Source: Tubiluchus corallicola (taxonomy: Eukaryota > Animalia > Priapulida). Taken from it: a stretch of DNA of 21,222 nucleotides. Position numbers and translations under genes: made by a program. This document shows, piece by piece, positions 19,372 through 21,222 of this stretch. Position 1 is the first letter of the stretch. Every line of letters begins with the position of its first letter. A model generated the notes under the pieces. That model was not told the DNA's origin and ran no database searches. It saw nothing but the letters and a program-made list of their open reading frames with translations. The stretch lies in the NCBI GenBank assembly GCA_030141605.1, contig JAQGDQ010001912.1, positions 1 through 21,222 on the forward strand. The letters are read 5' to 3'.

Positions 19372-19514
19372 CTTGACAAATGGCTCGACAATTAAACAGC
19401 TGTTAGTGCTAATGTTGTCTGTTAAACGAAAGATGCTAAATAAATCTTGTCTTCTTTGGCTGTACTGGACGTGAGGATTTTTGCGCCAGCCTACTTCTCG
19501 AAAAAGACAGGCTA
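19372..19514 (-). CDS. Candidate internal exon of an unidentified host gene
   Basis: Minus-strand acceptor TGTTTTTCTACAG| and donor AAG|GTACCG bracket an open frame ACLFREVGWRKNPHVQYSQRR...IVEPFVK. No recognisable domain. Confidence 0.3.
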
Positions 19515-20666
19515 CTGTAGAAAAACACATGTCTTGGTTTCCAATAACTGTTTTTGTACTGTCTATTACATTTTGAATGCAGAAGCTTTTGCTTATTTCT
19601 TAAGTTGAGAAGCATGAAAATTCAAGCGCACAACAAAATCAGTCTTCCTCGCTGCCTTAACTTTCACCGAGCTGATGGCCGTTTCAAAACTTTAGTGTAC
19701 ATTAGATATAGTTCACAGTTATAATTAAGTTTAAAATTACGATTCTGAGTTGAGAGCTTTAAAGGGGAAAAGGGAATTTTAAAGTATATACCAAATAACT
19801 TTCCATAAAAAGTTATATTACTTATCATTATGTCAACCTGTTTGAAAGATTTATGTAATTGGAAAACAAAATTCTACATATATTTAAAATATTCTCGCCA
19901 CTGGTAAAACGGCATTTCATCTCCATGCCACCACTGATTCACCAAAAAATACGTTATTGATCTTAATGACAACATGTACTTAATTAGCGAACTGTGTATT
20001 ACGAATGCCATGATTTTTCTTCAAACCTTATGCAATGTTAACTAAACTTATTCCAAATGACCGTAAAAATAGTCATTGGTCAAGGTTTACTAGTGTAAAG
20101 TCTTTAAGGTAATAGGATCGAAAGTACTGTAATTGATGTAAAATTTGAAAACCAAATCTCTAAAAAGAAAATTGGCTGATTGTGTAAACACTAGTTCTGA
20201 ATAAAGAATGCTATAAAATATTGAAAACTACAATAGGGTTTTTTGAATCAAAGCTTAAATTAAATAATAATTACCTCGGATACTCAGATGCTGTTAAACA
20301 TTCAAAGCTGCGCGCGGCTCAGCGAATCTACTAAGATTGGCAACGGCGCTTTTTTGTCACGTGCGGGTGGACGACAAATAGAAAGTGGCACCGTGATAAC
20401 CATGATCGTGAGCTGCCGTTTAGTTTTGACGTCATATGCAAACGTATTTGAAGTGCAAGATGCCTGTTATTGCACAAACTGTGGTTAGTTTCTGACGTAA
20501 GCAATAGCTGTGTTCTGTTACCAATAATTAACTTTCTAAGCTAATTATTCAAATATAGAAAACAATGCTAACTTTTATCGGCAAGAAAACGTATATTTTG
20601 GACAGTAAATTAAAATGAAATTGAATGTAAACAATCATCAGGTTTTCCTTTCAGCTTTATTAAGAG

Positions 20667-20745
20667 CAAGGCCGGATTATGATCTTTTGGGGCTGTTAGG
20701 CACTAGGGTAACGAAATTATTGCCCCCCCCCTCCCCCTCAACAGG
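20667..20745 (+). mobile_element. Possible left end of a hAT-type MITE remnant
   Basis: CAAGGCCGGATTAT...TTGGGGC..TAGGCAC...GCCCCCCC resembles the CAGGGCCGGATT... ends of invertebrate hAT MITEs. No partner end was seen in the window. Confidence 0.25.
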
Positions 20746-21222
20746 TGCCGCAAACAAGTGCCACTTTTTTAAATTTGGTTTTCAGATCTGCTGTTTTAAA
20801 GTAGAAATTTTATTTCAAGTTAAATGAATTCAGTACTGCAAAATACTAAATTATTAGACTTATCGAGATTTGCAGAAAACAAAACAACAGAATATTGCTG
20901 CTTTGTTTCCCGCAAATCTCAATAAGCCGGGGTATTACTGAGAAAGGCAAAATAATGGAAAATCTAGAAACCTCAAACTGGAAACTGTAACATACTGTTT
21001 ATTTTCCCCCAGAAAGTCTGATGAGAAATAATGTAATGATGGTGTTATCAATAATAATAATTAATATGACAACCAAGCTATTGTCATATTATCAACTAAA
21101 CCTGAAAACAAGTATTAAAAAAATGGTTCAGTTGCCCTTTAAACCCAAGATTTAGGAATTTAAGTTCTGCGGGTTGGTCTGTAGCATTCAATTTTGTGCG
21201 CGATATGAAGCCATGGGCAGAT

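Noticed and set aside
19759-21143. Kolobok-like TTAA|AGGG...CCCT|TTAA element
   Set aside because: The inverted match extends only about 4 bp beyond TTAA, which is expected by chance.

Overview
This is AT-rich, repeat-dense eukaryotic DNA, most likely from an invertebrate animal, with no prokaryotic genes, rRNA, tRNA or CRISPR arrays. The dominant structure is a non-autonomous repeat present as three rearranged copies (~5345-7497, ~10229-14742, ~15935-18784) with Helitron-like 'A|TC..TATAT' ends. Each copy carries a two-exon gene that the ORF track misses. The gene has a TATA/Inr-like promoter behind a repeated CGTTAGAGTACAC motif, a signal-peptide exon, a 194-195 bp phase-0 GT-AG intron, and a Gln-rich exon with a conserved core (QQQILxQFMAHVQTQLExISxIQQQ) and an Arg-rich RxRPY...VYNF(Y/F)N tail. 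Copy A is intact (153 aa). Copies B and C keep the frame but carry C>T nonsense codons, and a fourth 3' fragment is present. A complex rearrangement is superimposed: a ~0.7 kb-arm palindrome (1-1750) whose spacer copies 7840-8239, and a 2.2 kb inverted duplication (1086-3300 vs 8921-11156) with microhomology junctions, which may be biological or an amplification/assembly chimera. Also present are a LINE reverse-transcriptase remnant, a Tc2/pogo-like MITE, microsatellites, a 52-bp minisatellite and candidate host exons. All calls were made by eye; no database searches were run.
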